DNA of 24,000 nt from Geminisphaera colitermitum TAV2 (GTDB lineage: Bacteria; Verrucomicrobiota; Verrucomicrobiia; Opitutales; Opitutaceae). The DNA lies in contig NZ_ABEA03000006.1 in the NCBI RefSeq assembly GCF_000171235.2, positions 14,344-38,343 of the forward strand, given 5' to 3'. The notes beneath the pieces are model-generated. The model was not told the DNA's origin. It searched no databases and saw only the letters and a list, made by a program, of their open reading frames with translations. Positions within the stretch are counted from its first letter, which is position 1; every line of letters begins with the position of its first letter. The position numbers and the translations under genes are program-made. Shown one piece after another: positions 23,795-24,000 of this stretch.

Positions 23795-23941
23795 TTAGGG
23801 GAAAAGCGGCGAATTGGCCTTGATGAGCATGAATGCGCTTTCAGCACGCATCCCTTGGCGACGGTAACGGCGGTAACGCTGTATCCGTTTGTATCGGCGT
23901 TTTAATTCACTGCGTTGCTCTCGAATTTCGGCGGTTTTCAT
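23795..23941 (-). CDS. 48-aa very basic Arg/Tyr-rich peptide (absent from supplied ORF track)
   Basis: Hand translation: MKTAEIREQRSELKRRYKRIQRYRRYRRQGMRAESAFMLIKANSPLFP*. Confidence 0.4.
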   Translation of the reverse strand: MKTAEIREQRSELKRRYKRIQRYRRYRRQGMRAESAFMLIKANSPLFP

Positions 23942-24000
23942 GGTCAAAATGGGCAGTTAAACCCCGCACATCCCCTCACATTCGTTACCAAACATTTCCA

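Larger units (their letters stand above)
9983..24000. mobile_element. Integrated DJR (corticovirus/PM2-like) tailless prophage, left end at tRNA-Thr; right end outside window
   Basis: tRNA + adjacent tyrosine integrase, P2-like MCP, packaging ATPase, many small TM proteins, tightly packed unidirectional operon, no tail/terminase/portal genes. Confidence 0.85.

Noticed and set aside
19107-23905. Long plus-strand ORFs (e.g. 19045..19914, 19934..20785, 22952..23905, 18360..19034)
   Set aside because: Antisense to a continuous, overlapping minus-strand operon with coherent TM/capsid/ATPase signatures; composition is shadow-ORF-like.
1-24000. CRISPR array, retron or canonical defence system search
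   Set aside because: No repeat-spacer array, reverse transcriptase, restriction, CBASS, Thoeris or similar signature recognised in this window.
10059-24000. Second copy of the tRNA-Thr 3' end (attR)
   Set aside because: No copy of GGTTCGACTCCGACCATCGGCTCCA seen by eye within the window, so the right boundary is taken to lie outside it.

Overview
The window is high-GC bacterial DNA, probably Verrucomicrobiota/Opitutales (an inference from gene content; taxonomy was not tested). It has two parts. (A) 1-9920 is ordinary chromosome: a transposase fragment, a DeoR-type regulator, a 4TM holin-like membrane protein, TauE/SafE + DUF1634, DUF1573, TerC, ExoD, a polyphosphate-glucokinase-like ROK kinase, an FKBP-type PPIase, a DraT-like dinitrogenase-reductase ADP-ribosyltransferase and an Rsm22-like methyltransferase. 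It also carries several long imperfect inverted repeats and G homopolymers of up to 16 nt. (B) From tRNA-Thr(CGT) at 9983-10058 to the right edge there is an integrated mobile element. It encodes a tyrosine integrase whose ORF runs into the tRNA, a small ribbon-helix-helix-like regulator, and a long, densely packed minus-strand operon. The operon has no tail, portal or terminase genes. It does encode a PM2/corticovirus P2-like double-jelly-roll (DJR) major capsid protein, an FtsK/HerA-A32-like genome-packaging ATPase and many tiny transmembrane proteins. I interpret it as a tailless, membrane-containing icosahedral prophage (corticovirus-like), truncated by the window edge. Its unusual cargo includes a membrane-anchored PBECR/BECR-like nuclease, a tail-anchored LRAT/permuted NlpC-P60-like papain-fold protein, a holin/lipoprotein cassette, a YEP-repeat protein, a candidate structured RNA/terminator and a phased 10-bp repeat regulatory region.
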